Shown: positions 28,018 to 42,506, counted from the first letter of the stretch. The stretch: 64,000 nucleotides of DNA from the human T2T-CHM13v2.0 reference genome, Homo sapiens (GCF_009914755.1 NC_060931.1); one strand, 5' to 3'. Notes: generated by a model from the letters alone, not told the origin. Translations and numbers: made by a program.

Positions 28018-31000
28018 AGGCCGCCGCTCCCCGCCTCCCGCGCCCTCCCGCGCCGGCCCGCACCCTCCAGCCCCGCCGGCCTCTTCCTAAATCCCGAGCG
28101 AAAGCCCAAGCTGAACATGAACTCTGCCCGGAGGCGACGGGCTGCGGCGGAGGGGGAGAGAGAGGAGGACAGGCTGCGACCCCGGGCTGGGGACGCCAGG
28201 GCAGGGACAGCGAGCATCAGGAAGGAGAGCGTCCGGGGAACTCGAGTGGCCGCGCCCTGGGTCCTGCACCGTGAGGCTGGGGGGACCAGGACCGGCGGGC
28301 GCCCACCTTGGTCCTGAGCCCAGCTGCCGACGCTGGGCCAGCACCCTCTCCACCGCCGCCCTCCAGTGAGCAGAGCTGGGCTCAGGCAGCAGCCCCTGGG
28401 CGCGGGAAGGTAGCGGGAGCTGCATTTAGGGGAGGGGGGAGGTAGCAGGAGCTCCGCCAGTGGGAACCTTGGAGTGAATTCGTCGGCGGGTGCCAAGTCG
28501 AAGCGCCGACCTCCTGTCTCTGGACTGGGGCCCGGACCCCTGCGTCCCCAAACTGCGTCCCCGCCTTGCTCGTCGCCCGGTGCCTTCCTTAGGCGCAGCA
28601 GACCCTCGGTAAACAGCGGTTAATTCGATGGAATCGGATCACAGGGCCCTCGGTGAAGCAGAAAGGCGGAGGAAATCCAGGAGGCAGAAGTGAGGACCCT
28701 GGCGCCTGGCGCCGCTGCGTTGTTCGTATAAGAAGAGGCATCCCGGAAGGGGCTTCAAACCACTTAGGACCGACTGCTGAAACGAATCCAAGCTTGTGGT
28801 GTCTGCAGAATTTAACTGTCCGCCTCAACCCCAGTTTTTGTTTCTAAGATTATCGAAAACTGTGCGGTTTGAGTGATGTGCTACAAAGTGTTTAAAACAG
28901 ATTGTTTCCCAAATTAGGGGTTTCCACACAAGAAATCGCTGCTGTCGGCAAACACAGGAACTATCTATGGTTAAGACAAGGTGGTGTTCGTAACCAAACT
29001 ATAAACCTACATATACGAGGTGGTAAGAGAACCAGACCAATGAACAGTTTCAGGCTGGCGTGGTGTGCCCGTGAACAAAGAATTGTAATACTGGCAAAAA
29101 TCTAAATTGCTTTCTTTCCCTTTATTTTCTCATCACTAAAATTAGGAAAATGAACAGATATGTCAAATCTCTTCTAACACCCATGTTCTGTAACTCTCCT
29201 CGTATGTACCTTATAATAAGACAAAGGTAAAGACATTTCCATGTGCAGCGAGGAAAAGTAATAATAAAAATTAAAACAACTAGCAAGTATGAAGCCCTCT
29301 TTTTATACGGTATGTGCTGTATAAGCACTTCCCTCATCCACCTCTATGTTTTCACAGCACCTCTCAAGGGCTTGGACACGTGCAAATGCAAACTGGCAAA
29401 GCCAGGAGTCAAGCCAGGCTGCTCAGTGGCCTTTGTGCTTCACCCCAGTTTAATGCACCCGTCTTCAGAAGGGACATCGTGTATTAGGTGCTTCAACACA
29501 AGATCCACGAATATCTCGTACATCCCTAAAATCAAGCAAATGTCATCTGAACCCAATTACTGGGACAGCCCCCTCATTACTCCCACTTACTTTTAGCCGT
29601 ATCTTCCCCAATCCAATCTCAAGTGTGAGCCCCAAAATACTTCTGATTTTTCACGCCTCCACTTAAAAATCTTTTGATTATGTCATATTGCCGTTAGGGT
29701 AAAGTTCAAACAACTCAGCTGATTTTGAGGGCTACATTGGTGGGTGGTGGAGTACTGCCCGCTTTCCCTTCATACTGTCATGACAGTGAGGTTCTGAACT
29801 GTTCTTTGTGCAAACCCCACACGCTCTCTGCTCTCTCCATTCCCATTTTTGCACGTGTGAGTCTGCTGTCTCCTCTTCTTTGCTTCTCCTTTTCCTAAGA
29901 TTTGCCAAGCCAACTACTCTACACCTCCATCGGATTTTAGTTTACATGTCTCTCCCCATGTTTCTCCCCACTAGAAGCCTCCGTTGATGATCCCTTTCTA
30001 GACTGTGATGGACGTACCTCCCATAGCTCCCATTGCACCATTGTACTAAACTTGGACCACTGCAACTGTCATGTGTCTATTTATCCCACATGTATATAAA
30101 CGCTATATGTTGTTTATCACTATATCTTCAGTAATAATAAACAGGTAACATAATTGCATAAGTGTGTATATCATAGACCATCATGAAGTGTTTATTGACT
30201 GAGAAAAGAAATATACATCGTTGTGAACATAATGAAAGACGTCATTTTTCAGAACAAACAGTTTGATAATAGATGGTATTGATGAGGGGGTATGAAAACA
30301 AATGCTTCCTCAAATTTTTGATATACTTTAACTAGTAAAATCTCTCTGATGGTAAATTTTACAATATCTATCCATGTTTGAAATGCATGACCTAATTAAC
30401 TAAGCAATTTCACTTCTAAAAATTCGTCCTCTGATATACTTGTAGGTATACACAAGGATTTAAGATTGAAAACAACCTAAATTGTTATTCATCCAAACAA
30501 TGGAATTCTCTGGAACTGTCAAGATACATAAGGCAAGTTAACATTCATTAATATAAAACAATCTCAAATATATAATGTTAACAAAAAAAGAAAAACAATG
30601 CTCAGAGTATTTAGTAGTATGCTATCATTTATGGAGAAAAGAAGATCTATAGAGATATAATATTTCTGGAAGGATACATAAGAAAATGGTCACAGTGAAG
30701 CGGAGTTGAATGGCTCTAGCTAGAGTCTTGAGGTTTTGCCTGATTCAATAAGTACATGCCAACAGAATGTCTCCCAGCCTATCAGAAAAGCCAGCTGGAC
30801 CTCTCAAGTGTGTATTTATATGTTTAAATAGTGTATTAATGGGTTGCTAATCAGAGGAATATTGGGTTTTTAAAAAAACAGTCATTGAACATTAACTCTA
30901 ACTTAAGACAGAGCGACATTTGGGAAGCACAAATAATTCCAGCAAAAGACAAATGAATTCTGTTGTGGGGCGATCTCCTGAGAAGTTACTTAAAATATTA

Positions 31001-31883
31001 GTCATTCTCTTAGACAATTTATTTTCCTTTCTATTTTTCAACGATCACCAAGTAACCTTGTAATTATTCATCCTGCTTCTTAGTTTCCTTGACACTAAAA
31101 AGTGGAATCCTTGAAAATGGGTCAAAAGCATTCTAATCACAAAAATAAATTGACATTCTGCTTTGAAACTGCATTGCATGTGATTTTGAGTAACATAAGT
31201 ACATAACCAAGAAAATGAGCATCTCTGGGTATATTGAAACATCCAGTGTCTGGACCTGGAAGTATAATCTCAGACCTCAGATGGACAATATTTCCATGAC
31301 TGGGCCCAAAGCCATGCCCCATTTGGTGAGCTTCCTAACCCACCTTTCTATTATTAATTACTGTTCAATCTAAAACAGGTGTCATCCTAGTCTTAAATAC
31401 CAACCTTGAGTCTCCTAAATGCCGAGCTTGATAAAAGGGCTTCAATGTGAAGTTTGAAAGAAAGAAGAAAAAAAATTTAAGTCTAGATAAGACTGCAAGA
31501 CCAGATAATAATGAGAACATTATATTTAACATTTTTAAATGTATGTAGTTTTCAGGAATTTCAGGAATTTTCCAGAAATAACACAGAATGTTTTTTTAAA
31601 AAGTGACACATTTAAACATGCATATGCACACATTGGAGACCTCAGTTATGTATAAAACCAGGAAAAGATAATAGAGCTTTTGAAAATGTTGTCACTGAGG
31701 AAAAAAAGAAAAAGAAGTTTCCAGGATTAAGTTTCCAGGATGTATCATGTTGTACAGAAATGATAACTGAGCTCTCTTGTCAAAGCCTACAAGGCCCCAC
31801 TTGGTCTCTCCTGTGCCTCCTCCATCCCTGCAGTCCCTCACCTTCTGACTCAGCTCTCCTAACATCCCATTTCTCATACATGC

Positions 31884-32252
31884 TGTATTAGTCCATTTTC
31901 ACACTGCTATAAAGAACTCCCCGAGACTGGGTAATTTACAAAGGAAAGAGGCTTAACTGACTCACAGTTCTGCATGGCTGGGGAACCCTTAGGAAATTTA
32001 CAATCATGGCAGAAGATGAAGGGAAAGAAAAGACCTTCTTCACATGGCCGTAGGAGAGGCAGAGCAGAGAGTGAAGGGGGAAGAGCCCCTCATAAAACCA
32101 TCAGATCTCGTGAGAACTCACTCACTATCTTGAAAACAGCATGGGGAACCACCTCCATGATCCAATCACCTCCCACCAGGTCCCTCCCTCGACATATGGG
32201 GATTCCAGTTCGAGATGAGATTTGGGTGGGGACACAGAGCCAAACCACATCA
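31884..32252 (-). mobile_element. Solo THE1D/MSTA-type MaLR LTR
   Basis: tgtattagtcc...caaaccacatca, with a perfect 5-bp TSD catgc at 31879-31883 and 32253-32257. Confidence 0.9.
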
Positions 32253-34984
32253 CATGCTGAGCTTATTCCTGCCTGCCCGTAAAGCTCTACCTCAGAGGTT
32301 CCCAGACTTTCTCAGTTCACACCACCCTTTACTGAATGTCTCAGTAATTATTTTTCCTGGCACTTCTAGGCTGAGATTTATGAAGATGAACCTAACACTT
32401 ATGTTTATTAAGTATTCAGATGCTAACAATTCAATAAACATTTACTTCTTGACAACATTAGTAGCTATTTGAAAAAAACATAAATTGAAAGAAAAAATGT
32501 TTGTACTTCATTTGTAAGCAGCCACAATCACTTACCAATGGGATAGTAATGGGCATGACACAACCTCTCAAATCTTAGGATCATATTAGACACCACCACC
32601 TTCATTTCCTGTTCCACACTAATTTTCATGTGGTATTGCTCCTTAATACCACATGAAATTGCAACCACCAAAACCCAGCTTTGCAAACATAATGATGTCA
32701 CTGAAAGAATGTAGTGTAATCTAGTGTTGAAACTATCAACTACATTGAGTCAGTAGTATGCATGGTGTCTAACAAATGTCAAGTATCTCTGAGTTTCTTT
32801 CAAAATTTTAATATATCCTGCGGTGCCCCTGTGAATATACGGCAGAAACCTGAGCACCTCCATGAACCTGAGCACAATTCCTGAACTATGGTTCATATTT
32901 TTGTATTGTGTTTGTTTTTGTCTGAGTTTTCTAGAAAACAGATCCTGAGGCAAAACTTACAAGCCAAGACTTTATGTGAAGTTGTAATTCCAGGACTCAA
33001 GAATGAAGGAAAAAGAGAATCAAGGCTGAAAAGGAGGGGAAAGTAAATTCAAGGTGGCGAGTTATGAATGACTACAGCATCACAAAACAACATACCTGCT
33101 TTCTTGGTCACCAGCACTTCTTCCAGACAGGACCTACATCATTATATCCAGAAACATTCTGTCCACAGGAGAGAGTGGAGATTCTCTGCCAATGTCTTCT
33201 TGTCTCCTGTTGAAACTGGTTGAAGTTTGTCCCTTAGAGAACTAATTAATTCACCCTCACCTCCAGGTTCTGTTACTGGCTCTTTATGGCAACTGCTAGG
33301 GAACCCAGATCCCCCAGTGATTGGAGGAACCTCTGAGGATACAGACTGATTGCACCTGAGCACCAAACTTGTGAGTCTCCTTCTAATGCAATCTCAGTGG
33401 AATCCAGTCACTGGGAGAGGCTGAGGTCACTGGCACAGTTGGGATATGAGGCACTGGCAATGGCAATGGTGGCTTGGGCTGGCCACTGAGCAAGCAAAGA
33501 CACAAAGGTGTGAGAGAATAGATGGAAGCCAGCCATTCTGGGGACATAAATTGTGTCTTATGTGCTCCAATTCTTCTTATCATTCAGGTCTTACTTCTCA
33601 TGTTATCTCATCAGAGAAGCCTCTCGCTCCCTAAACTGCCCTTCTCAGCCATTAGCTAACATAGAACTGTGTCTGTGTTAAACTGTTCCCGTGTTCAACC
33701 TAGAGTTGAAGATTGTCAGACTTATATCATGGCCATAAAAAATATGAAGCTACAGTGGGAGCTTGCTGAATTAGTATGGAGAAAAATATTTTAGGTTCTA
33801 TTGATAGGAATTGATTTCAACAGGCAGTGTCTAAGCTAGATTTAACTAAAAATAGAACTATTATATTGCTAGGAGGGAAGAGGTCTTTAGATTACCCAGT
33901 CCAGCCCCCTCTCATGCATGGTGCTCCCACAGCATCTCTTCATGTGATTTTTTTTTTTAGACTTAAACAATTGAAGTTACAGAGGAGTCACTACTTTCTA
34001 AGACAACCTAGTCATTTTCAACAGGCTCTGTCATAAAGTGCTTTCCATTTTTTTTTTTTATCATTATTCCTCATTCGAACTGCTGGTGTACCAAAAAAAC
34101 CTATGTATAATTTACAATGACTGTACTTGAGCAGCTAGTTTGCGGGGGGCAAATTGAGGAATTAGCTTGCATTCCCACTCAATTTCCTCTTGCTGTGTTC
34201 TGACTCTCACTCTCTCAGGCAAAAGTCTTCGGGATCCAGAGTCTGACATTCATTGCATTCACTATTTTTCTTGGTTACTTATCAAGAGCAGGCCTGATCT
34301 GCAGCAAACTCAATGAAGTCACCAATAAATTTCCTCCCAAAAAGGATAAGGTTGGCCTCAGAATGTGCAATGCACTCCTGGAAACCTTAATTCATTCTGA
34401 CAGTCATTTGTTTTACAGGCAGTTGGTAAATGTCTACTTGTAATTATAATGTACTGTTCAAGGTACCAGTAATTCAGTGAGGAAAAACTAAAGACCCTGC
34501 TCTTTTGGTGCTAAACATTCCAATGTTCCACTAATTAATAACTTCTGTGTATAGTTATTAAAATCCATATTAAAACATTCAGCTGGACTCTCATTCAATC
34601 TGCATTCCTGTATTTGTGTGCAAAGTTTGGTTGGTAAACTATGCCTAATATTCTTTTTATTGCATTTCCCTAAGGTATCAAACAAGAAATGCTATCAAGG
34701 AAAATGATGCTAATCTAATATGACTTTTTAATTAATCCATTTAGATTTGCAGGGAACATATATTTACTGTTTCAGCATATTACAAAGACTTTTTGAGCCT
34801 CTTCGTGTATCAACATTCTGCTAATGCTAAGGATTCAAAGATGGATACAATTAGATAACTTCCCTGGAAGAGACTACCATTTAATTGTAATAAATGAAAA
34901 CCATTTCCTTTCGTCTTCACTTCTTTTTACGTAGAGTAATGAAAGTCAAGTGGCAAACACCTTGACCTTTTAACTTAAAAGCCA

Positions 34985-35462
34985 TTCACATTCCCTTTCT
35001 CCATCTTCCTAGAATATAGAGATGTACAAGATGAAATGCTTTCTTTTCCACTGCCCTTAAGTGAAGTGTGACTATGTGACCTGGTTCTGAACAAGGAGAT
35101 CAAAGCCAAAATAATCAAATGGAGCTTCTTCTGGAGATGTGTTTTATTAGTACAGAAAGATAATATGCCCTCTCAGTCCTTTGCCCTTTTCCTTCTTCAT
35201 GCTTAGAGAGGAGCTCAATGCCCACAAGTATAATAACCGTCTTGCAACCATGAAAATGAAAACCATTCACTAAGCATGGAAGAGTCAGAAAATGTAATAG
35301 GCCTTAGTCCTTGATGACTTCTTTGAGCAGTTGCCAGCCGACTACAGTCCACCTACTGCTAGACTTTTTATTATGTAAGGAAATTAAACTCTGATCTGTA
35401 TAAGCCACTGTTAAGTGGATTTATTTTTTTCTTTACTTGCAGCCAAATGCATTCTTATAACA
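34985..35462 (+). mobile_element. Old MLT1 (J/K-like) LTR
   Basis: tgtgactatgtgacctggttctg...tcttgcaaccatga...taagccactg...ttacttgcagccaaatgcattc. Confidence 0.55.
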
Positions 35463-36183
35463 TGGCACAAATAAATTCAGAAAAATACTTGATATATTGA
35501 TTGAAATATTCATAATAATCCATATAAAATAAGATATTTGGACTATCTTGTCCCTAAAATTATACTTTTATGGATAATTTCCAAACTTAACTATAAAATT
35601 AGCAATATTACTCTTTAATCAAATAATCTCACTTCTAGAAATGCATCTTAAGAAAAAAATCCCAAATAAAGAAGATTCCAAGTAAAGAAAGATATTTGTT
35701 ATAGAATTGTTTATAATGTTAAATTAAAGAAAGTGACTTAGCTGGTCAACAATAGGAAAATAATTAAGTAAATTTTTCAATGTCCAGTGGAGGAACCTTA
35801 TGCAGACCTCCAAAATAATAGTTGTGGGTCTAAGTAGAAATAATACAAATTGCTGATGATGTGCTAAATGAAAACACTAGGATATAAAATTAAGTGATAC
35901 CATCCTTGAAACTATATAGAATATGAATAAACAAAGAAAAGGAACACAAAACAGGAAATTAGTTGACTTTAAAGATAACTCTTAATTTTTAAATTATTTA
36001 TAGTGTTACACTTGTAAGACATTTTAAATGATAAATATTATTTTATTAAATACTGTATTATTTTAAAATATATCTTCTCTTGTGCCTCTACCAGGGACAG
36101 AGGTATTATAAACCTATGGTTTAGAACACTGGAAAAATATAAACAGAGCTATAGATTTAAACAAACAACATAAAACATTTTAA

Positions 36184-36263
36184 TTCGGTATATAGAGGTA
36201 AAATTGGGAATGCTCATAAAGATTAGAATGGTTCCACTCAAGAATGAACATGAAATGTAAAGT
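36184..36263 (+). pseudogene. Degenerate U6 snRNA retropseudogene
   Basis: Colinear U6 blocks: TTCGG, TAAAATTGG, AAGATTAGaATGG, CAAGaATGA, AAAT..GTaAAG. The ACAGAGA box is destroyed. Confidence 0.6.
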
Positions 36264-36379
36264 CAAATAAGGTAAAGAAATTTGGTTATGGTTTTGTTTT
36301 CCTTGAGTGTCATGCACAATGAAGTTATTTTAATAATTAAGGTTGTCTTTTGCACAAATGAAAATGGCAATAATAAGAT

Positions 36380-37400
36380 GTCAGAGCTGTAAGGGATGTT
36401 GGAGATTATCTGTCATCATCTTTCACTCACAAATTAAGAAACAGACCTTGAGAAGATAAATGACTCACCCAAGGTCACATAAGTAGTCAGTGGAGAAGGA
36501 GCAATGAAGTTCAGGTCTTTTTCAATGTTATTCATCCCCCAGAATAAACACGCATTAAATAAGCATTCATTAAGTAGCTAGCTATTCTGTGCTAGCTGTA
36601 TTTGGACACTGTGAATCTACGGGACACTGTGTTTCACACTCTACACAAAGATAAGTTGTGGACATATCCTACCCTTAAAGGATCAGAGTTTTGTGGGGTG
36701 AACATTAGGGTAATAATTATAAGACATATTGATATAAGTACTTGCATTCTACTAAGTTCCATGTGCCTTGGGGCATGACCTTGAAGGACATAACATAACA
36801 TTTGGTGTCTGAGAAGTCTCAGGAAAGAAATGACTTTTGCCTTATCTCTAAAGGTTTGAGTGAAATTTTACCACCCAGAAACAGCACATTGCAAAAGCAC
36901 AGAAAAATGAAAAACTTGGGTGTTCTACAGAATGCAGAATACATTGATATGGCACAAATTTGGAATGGGGGTAGGTGGCAAGGAAGAAGGGGAGGCAGAT
37001 GAGGCTAGAGTGGGGCAAGTTACAGACACTTGGAGAGATTCTTCTATTCTGAGGATTTTGAAATTTGTGGAATAGGAAGATAAAATACATGGATTATTCC
37101 TAGGCAGGAAAAATGGTATAATCATATAATGTAAGTTTCAGAAATGTATCAAGGTGTGGAGGACAAAGCTGGACAGGAAGAAGCAGGAAGACAAGTTATG
37201 AGGCTATTGAGGTAGTCTGTGCAAGATATACTAAGGACCTGATATGAGGAAGTGACAGTGGGCTAGGAAAGGGAATAAATACTTGAAAGATATTTCTGAG
37301 GTATAATTTTTAAAATTTTAACAAATTGGTTGTAAATAGGGAAATGGTGGAATAAGAGTTAAATCCAACCATCCTGAAGTAGTTTAATCAATAAGTAGCT
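36380..37400 (-). mobile_element. MIR followed by L2 fragments
   Basis: MIR core (gaaacagac...aaatgactcacccaaggtcacat), then L2-like reverse-strand phrases. Approximate. Confidence 0.45.
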
Positions 37401-37569
37401 CTAGAAATTTTAGGCAAATTTAAATAACACAAAAACCCTAAAAGAATTTAATTTGCTCCTATCTGTACGTCACAAAGTGATGCTCAAAACTTCCATAATT
37501 AGCACATCAAATCTCTTGGTAATCAAATGCAAGTTTTGCAAGGGAGATCTTGAATTAAGAATATATATC

Positions 37570-40355
37570 ACACTTACCAAGACTGAATCAGGAAGACATA
37601 GAAATATGAATCAGATCTATAACTAGTAATGAGATTGAATTATTAATCAACTATCAAACAAAGGAAAGTCCAGGACCAAATGGGTGTCACTGGTGGATTC
37701 TGCTAAACGTTTAAAGAAGAATTAACACTAATTATCCTCAGACTCTTCCAGAAAATTAAAGAGTTCCAAACTCATTCTATAAGGCCAGCATTAATCTTAT
37801 ACCAAACCCAGACAAAAACACTTCAGGAAAACTATAGACTAATATCCCTGATGAATATTGACACAAAATCCTCAACAAAATGCTACCAAACAGAATTCAA
37901 CAGCATATTTAAAAGATTCTACACAATGACTATGTGAGATTTATTTCTGGAATGTGAGGATGATTCAACAGATGAAAATCAATCAATGTAATATATCACA
38001 TTAACAAATCAATCAATGTAGTATATCACATTTACAAAACGAAGGGTAAAAAAAACTCAGTCGTCTCAATTGATATAAAAAAGAACCTGACAAAATTCAA
38101 CAACCTTGAATAATACAATAAAATAACTCAATAAACTAAGGATAGAGGGAAACTACCCTAACATAATAAAAGCCATATATGAAAAATTCACAGCTCACGT
38201 CATATTCAATGGTGAAAGACTGAAAGCTCTGTCTCCAATATCAGAAACAAGACAATTATGCCCACTTTTGCCATTTCTATTCAACACAGTCCTGGAAGCT
38301 TAAGCCAGCACTATTAGGCAAGAAAAATCAGTAAAAGGCTACACACTGAAAGAAAGAGGTAAAATTATCTCCGTCTGCAGACATAATCTTAAGTGTAGAA
38401 TGCTTTAAAGATTTCACCAATTATTATTTTTTAAACTACTAGAACTAACAAATTCAGCAAAGTTGCAGGATACAAACTCAACACAAAAGAAGCAGGTGTG
38501 TTTCTATACACTAACAATGAGCAATCCAAAAAAATAAGAAGCAGCAGCCAATTCCATTTACAGTAGCACCAAAAATAATAAAATACTTCGGAGTAACTTA
38601 ACCAAGGTGGTCAAAAAATTGTATATTGAAAACTACAAAACAATGTTTAAGCAAATAAGACACAAATAAATGGAAATATATTTTTGTTTATTAGTTAAAA
38701 GACTTAATATTGTTAACATATCAGTACTACCCAAAGCAATCTATAGATTTATGCAATTCCTGTCAAAATACCAGTAGCATTTTTTGCAGAAATAGAAAAA
38801 TCCATTTTCAGATTCATATGAAATCACAGGGGACCCCAAATAGCCAAAACAATCTTCTAAAAAAAGAACAAAGATGGAGGTTTTACATTTCCTGATTTCA
38901 AAACTTATTAAAATGCTATATTAATCAAAACTATGTGGTACTGGCATAAAGACATGCATATAGACCAATGGAATAGAATAACAGAGCTCAGAAATTAGCT
39001 CTCATACATAGGGTCAAATGATTTTTGGCAAGAGTGTCAAGACTGTTCAATGGGGAAACAGTGTCTCCTCAACAAATGATGCTGGGAAAATTGGACATCC
39101 ATATGCAAAAGAATGAATTTGGACCTCTATCTTACACCATATACAAAAATTAAGTCAAAATGGATCAAAGATCTAAACTGAAGACCTAAAACTATAAAAT
39201 GCTTACCAGAAAATATAGAGGAAAAGCTTTATGATATTAAATTTGGAAAAGATTTCCTGGACATGACACCAAAAACACAGGCAAGAAAAGTAAAAGTAGA
39301 CAAATTGAAATATATCAAAATATAAAACTTCTGTGCATCAGAGGACACAAGCAACAGAGTAAAAAGGCAAACTATGGAATTAAAGAGAATATTTGTAAAT
39401 ACATCTGATAAGGAATTAATATCCAGAATATATTAAGAACTCCTACAACTGAACAACAACAAAAAAATAACCTGATTTAAAAATGGAAAAAAATCTGAAC
39501 AGACATTTTTCAAAAGTGATATATAAACGGATATAAATGGCCAACAAGCATATGAAAAGATATTCAACATTGTTAATCATTAGGGAAATGCAAATCAAAA
39601 CCAACAATGAGATATCACTCACACCCATTAGAATGAAGAAGAAAGAAAAAAAAGATGGAAGGAAGGAAGAAAAAAAAAGAAAGAAAGAAGGAAAGAAAGA
39701 CAGGGAAAGAAGAGTTGATAAAGATAAGGAGAAATTGGAACTTTAGTGCACGATTGGGAATGTAAAATGGTGCAGACACAAGGAAAAGAGTGTAGCAGTT
39801 TCTATATGATCCAACAATTCCACTGTTGCACATATATATGCAAAATAATTGAAGGCAAGATTTCAAAGAGATAGTTACATACTCATATTCATAGCAGCAC
39901 TATTCACAATAGCCAAGAGGTAAAACCAACACAAGTGTCCATTAATGGATGAACAGATAAGCAAAATGAGATCTATTCATACAATGCAATATTAATTAGC
40001 CTTCAAAAGGAAGAAAACTCTGACACAGTCAACAACTTGGATGAATTTTGAAAACATTATGCTAAGTGAAATAAGCCAGTCACAAAGAGACAAATACTGT
40101 ATGATTCCACTTAATAAGAGATATCTAGAGTCGTCAGATTCTTAGAAATGGAAAGTAGAATGGTGATTGCCAGGCACCAGGGCAAGGTGAAAGAAACAGT
40201 TGTTATTTAATGGGTACAGAGTTTCTGTTTTGCAAATGAAAAAGTTCTGGAGATTGGTTGTACAGCAATGTGCATATACTTAATACTCCTGAATTATACA
40301 ATTAGAAATTGTTACAATGGTAAATTTTATATATATTCTTAACCACAATCGAATT
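37570..40355 (+). mobile_element. L1MA/L1MB-type LINE-1, decayed ORF2 (RT and C-terminal part) plus 3'UTR, about 2.8 kb
   Basis: Recognisable ORF2 sequence (ggccagcatt...taccaaaccc; tggtactggcataaa; ORF 39537 MANKHMKRYSTLLIIREMQIKT) with many stops and frameshifts. GAA-rich insert at about 39635-39715. Confidence 0.88.
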
Positions 40356-40975
40356 TTTGAAAAAAGAATACTAGTGGTGGAAAACCTCTGAAAGAAGGGT
40401 AAAAAACTATGTTATGGGCAACAATGAAAATAAATTTACACTGAGGCCACAAATTATTGAAATTCATCTCTGACTTTAAGTCTCAGACCATGAGCAAGGA
40501 AAATAAATTCTCTTAAGAAGATAGGCCCAAATGACTAAGAGTCAGGTAGAAGCAATTTGCAAAGCAAGGAAAGAAATAATTTCTTGATGGAGTCATCTAC
40601 ACTGTGATGCCAATCCCTGCACCAGTTTTCGTTGGAGCGTGCCCTCCCCTCTTCATTAATCAAAGGTAATGCAGAATTACAGAATGGAATTACTTGCCAA
40701 AGAGTTTTCCATTTTCTGTCCCTGAGATGATGCTGATTGGAGCGAGAAAAGTTTTCTGAGGACAAATGCTCACGCTCTTAGCACCAGAGTTTGCTTGTAG
40801 CAAAAACAGAATGCTTAGAGGTGTGCTTTTGTTATTATTCTCAGTGGCTCTGGTGAGCCCAGTGCAATCAGCGATACTCATCCAGGCCAATTCACCATTA
40901 GGGAGCCGCACATGAAACCATTTACATTTCCCATTTTGTTTCAAGCGAGTCAGGTCTTTAACTGGATTGTGGTAA

Positions 40976-41490
<515 letters not shown>

Positions 41491-42506
41491 CATTTAAATT
41501 CTTTTAATGATAATTTTAATTAAGTATGTTTTACAAAAATAAGCCTAAAAGTCACAATACTAATTATACAATAATGAAAACCAAATAATATTCAAATACA
41601 ATGTGAGTATATAACCCAAACACTCAAAATCCTAATATTAATGTTGTATGACAGTGTTGTTTTTCCTTGAATTGTATCACCACCTTCACCTGTTTGCTCC
41701 AGAGCAGGTTCTTTTTAGATAGGTGCTGTGAGAACACTCAGTTGTCTGGTCATATTTCTATGCTGCAATTACAGTGGAGCCTCTGCTCACACAGCCTGTC
41801 ATGATGCCATTTGGCCTCTCTTAGCACAAAGGCAGCATTTACATAATAATTCCATTCCTATCCTTTACTCATTAGCCCACAGTCACAAAACAGTGCTATT
41901 TGGTGATCAGCGCAAATGGGGCCCCTGAAATCAGAGAGCAATTTTTATCGAAAGAAGAGTCTAAGTGATACAGAATACATCTCCACTGTATTAATTTTTA
42001 AATGACCATATAAATTAAAACAAAAATTTTAATTTTGAAGAGAAATAGCAGAGGTTCTTGGGATTGGTTGAGGAACACTACTCTATTACCATGCTGCCCT
42101 TACTATCTATTTAATACTTAAATACAGCATTTCATTATTTTCTATTTGTCTCTGCCAGTTAGAGTGTCAGCTCCTTGAGAGCAAGAAGCCTTATGGTTCT
42201 ATTGCTTCCCCGACAGTATCCAATAATGCTCTGCCCAGGATAGTAAATTATGAGTAATCAATTGATTGCTTGCTTCAGAGGTTGCTGAATTCAATGATTG
42301 ATTAAGGCTTCCTGAGTGTTAATACTTCAGAGTCTGTACCAGTCAGTTCACTGGTTTAGAGAAGACATTATTATTGTAGATTACAGAAAATGGGTTCAGA
42401 CCAAATATGAGCCATTTTGAGACATGAAGGGAGGTTCTGTCGGCTTACCACAGTAGTGCTCCATTTGCCTGCCACCTGCATTCAGATCATAACCCCTGAG
42501 CACTCA

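Larger units (their letters stand above)
27400..28830. promoter_or_regulatory. DGKI: CpG island covering the DGKI promoter and exon 1
   Basis: Very high GC and CpG density against CpG-depleted flanks. Limits approximate. Confidence 0.92.

Noticed and set aside
27391-28317. 308-aa and 159-aa plus-strand ORFs over the CpG island
   Set aside because: Antisense shadows of GC-rich DGKI exon 1. Low-complexity Arg/Pro/Ala sequence, stop codons are rare at this GC content, and no domain is recognisable.
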